Shown here: positions 63,086 through 64,000 of the stretch, one piece after another | Position numbering within the stretch: position 1 is the stretch's first letter | Layout: the number at the start of each line of letters is the position of its first letter | Origin: Pavona decussata | Taxonomy: Eukaryota | Reading direction: 5' to 3' | DNA length: 64,000 bases | Assembly (NCBI GenBank): GCA_977016875.1 | Contig: CDRNST010000144.1 | Location: 6,510,001-6,574,000, forward strand | Notes under the pieces: generated by a model | What the model was told of the DNA's origin: nothing | Database searches by the model: none | Seen by the model: only the letters and a program-made list of their open reading frames with translations | Program-made: the position numbers and the translations under genes

Positions 63086-64000
63086 CTGTTCAACAAGTGT
63101 TATTATTCTTGACTGAGTCTCATTGCGTTACAGTAGGGCATAGTTTTGCATTTTAGCAGGCTGATCCCAGTTAGGTCTCAAAGTTGTATACTAGCTACAT
63201 CTTGCACTTGAAAGCCACTCTGTATGCCTAGATAGGTTTCTGGTACATTCATACTGCTTTCTTATAAAATATTATACAGTAATACCGGTCTTTGCAAACC
63301 ATATTAACGAAAAAGTGTTTGGTTGTGCATGGCAGGGGTAGGCTTTTCGTTTTGTTTTGTTGTTGTTCAGTCCCTTTGCATAGTAAGGTATTACAGTGAT
63401 GTCTCTAATATGTCAGTAGAGTGAACTGTGACTCAACAAACCGAACAATAAAAGTTAAATGTTCTGCTGCTTCAACAGACCATCGCAAAAATTAGTTCCC
63501 AGCAGAAATTTCAGTCATCTCGAACCGCAAAAAATCGCCAATCCGCAAAATTTTCGTGCTACTCAGTAATTGTCTTTCTTGGGAATTGAACTGGCCACCA
63601 TGTCCTTTATTGTCAGCCTCTCTGGTGAGAAGTAGGACTCACTTCAGGACTTCCTCCCAATCTGAATGAAGCCCAAGACAGCTGCTGTTGTTGCCGTGAC
63701 TTCACATTTTCTTACTCATTTTAAAAGCTAGCATTGTGCATGGAAGTCGTAGGAATTATGATTCAAAGCATTGTTGTTGTTTTCGACATGAAATGGAGTT
63801 GTGAGAATCGTGTAGTTGACATTTTAGACAGTGAACATTAGGTTATCCTTTCATGGTGTAACGACCTCATCACGTGACCAGTTGAAAAGCATGTGCACAA
63901 GGGAACGTGGTTGATATGATTTGAGATGATTTCGATGAGTTAGGATTTGATTTACGAGTTACAATTCGATGACAGTTGTATGCAAGAATACGATAAAGGT

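Overview
AT-rich eukaryotic DNA with spliceosomal introns, microsatellites and a 240-N scaffold gap. The repeat families suggest a marine invertebrate, most likely a cnidarian or coral (inference). Almost the whole window is nested, mostly decayed transposable elements: a Helitron RepHel, two pogo elements, Academ, Kolobok-like, MULE, hAT, IS3EU-like integrase, Penelope-like elements (PLEs), L1/Tx1, a CR1/L2-type LINE, BEL/Pao and Ty3/Gypsy. I found no convincing host gene. The standout is one apparently intact 3.6-kb Tigger/pogo (DD32D) element at 15324-18933 with TIRs and a TA target duplication. It carries a divergently transcribed, intact, stand-alone HIRAN-domain gene, and its transposase has an extra Cys-rich N-terminal domain. 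Other leads are a PLE family that seems to lack an endonuclease and has a conserved 3' motif, a decayed multi-gene cassette (putative transposase exon, Ulp1 protease, C2H2 protein, kinase) at 49-55 kb, hammerhead ribozyme motifs, and tiny hairpin elements with 9-bp target duplications. All family calls come from motif recognition by eye; no searches were run.
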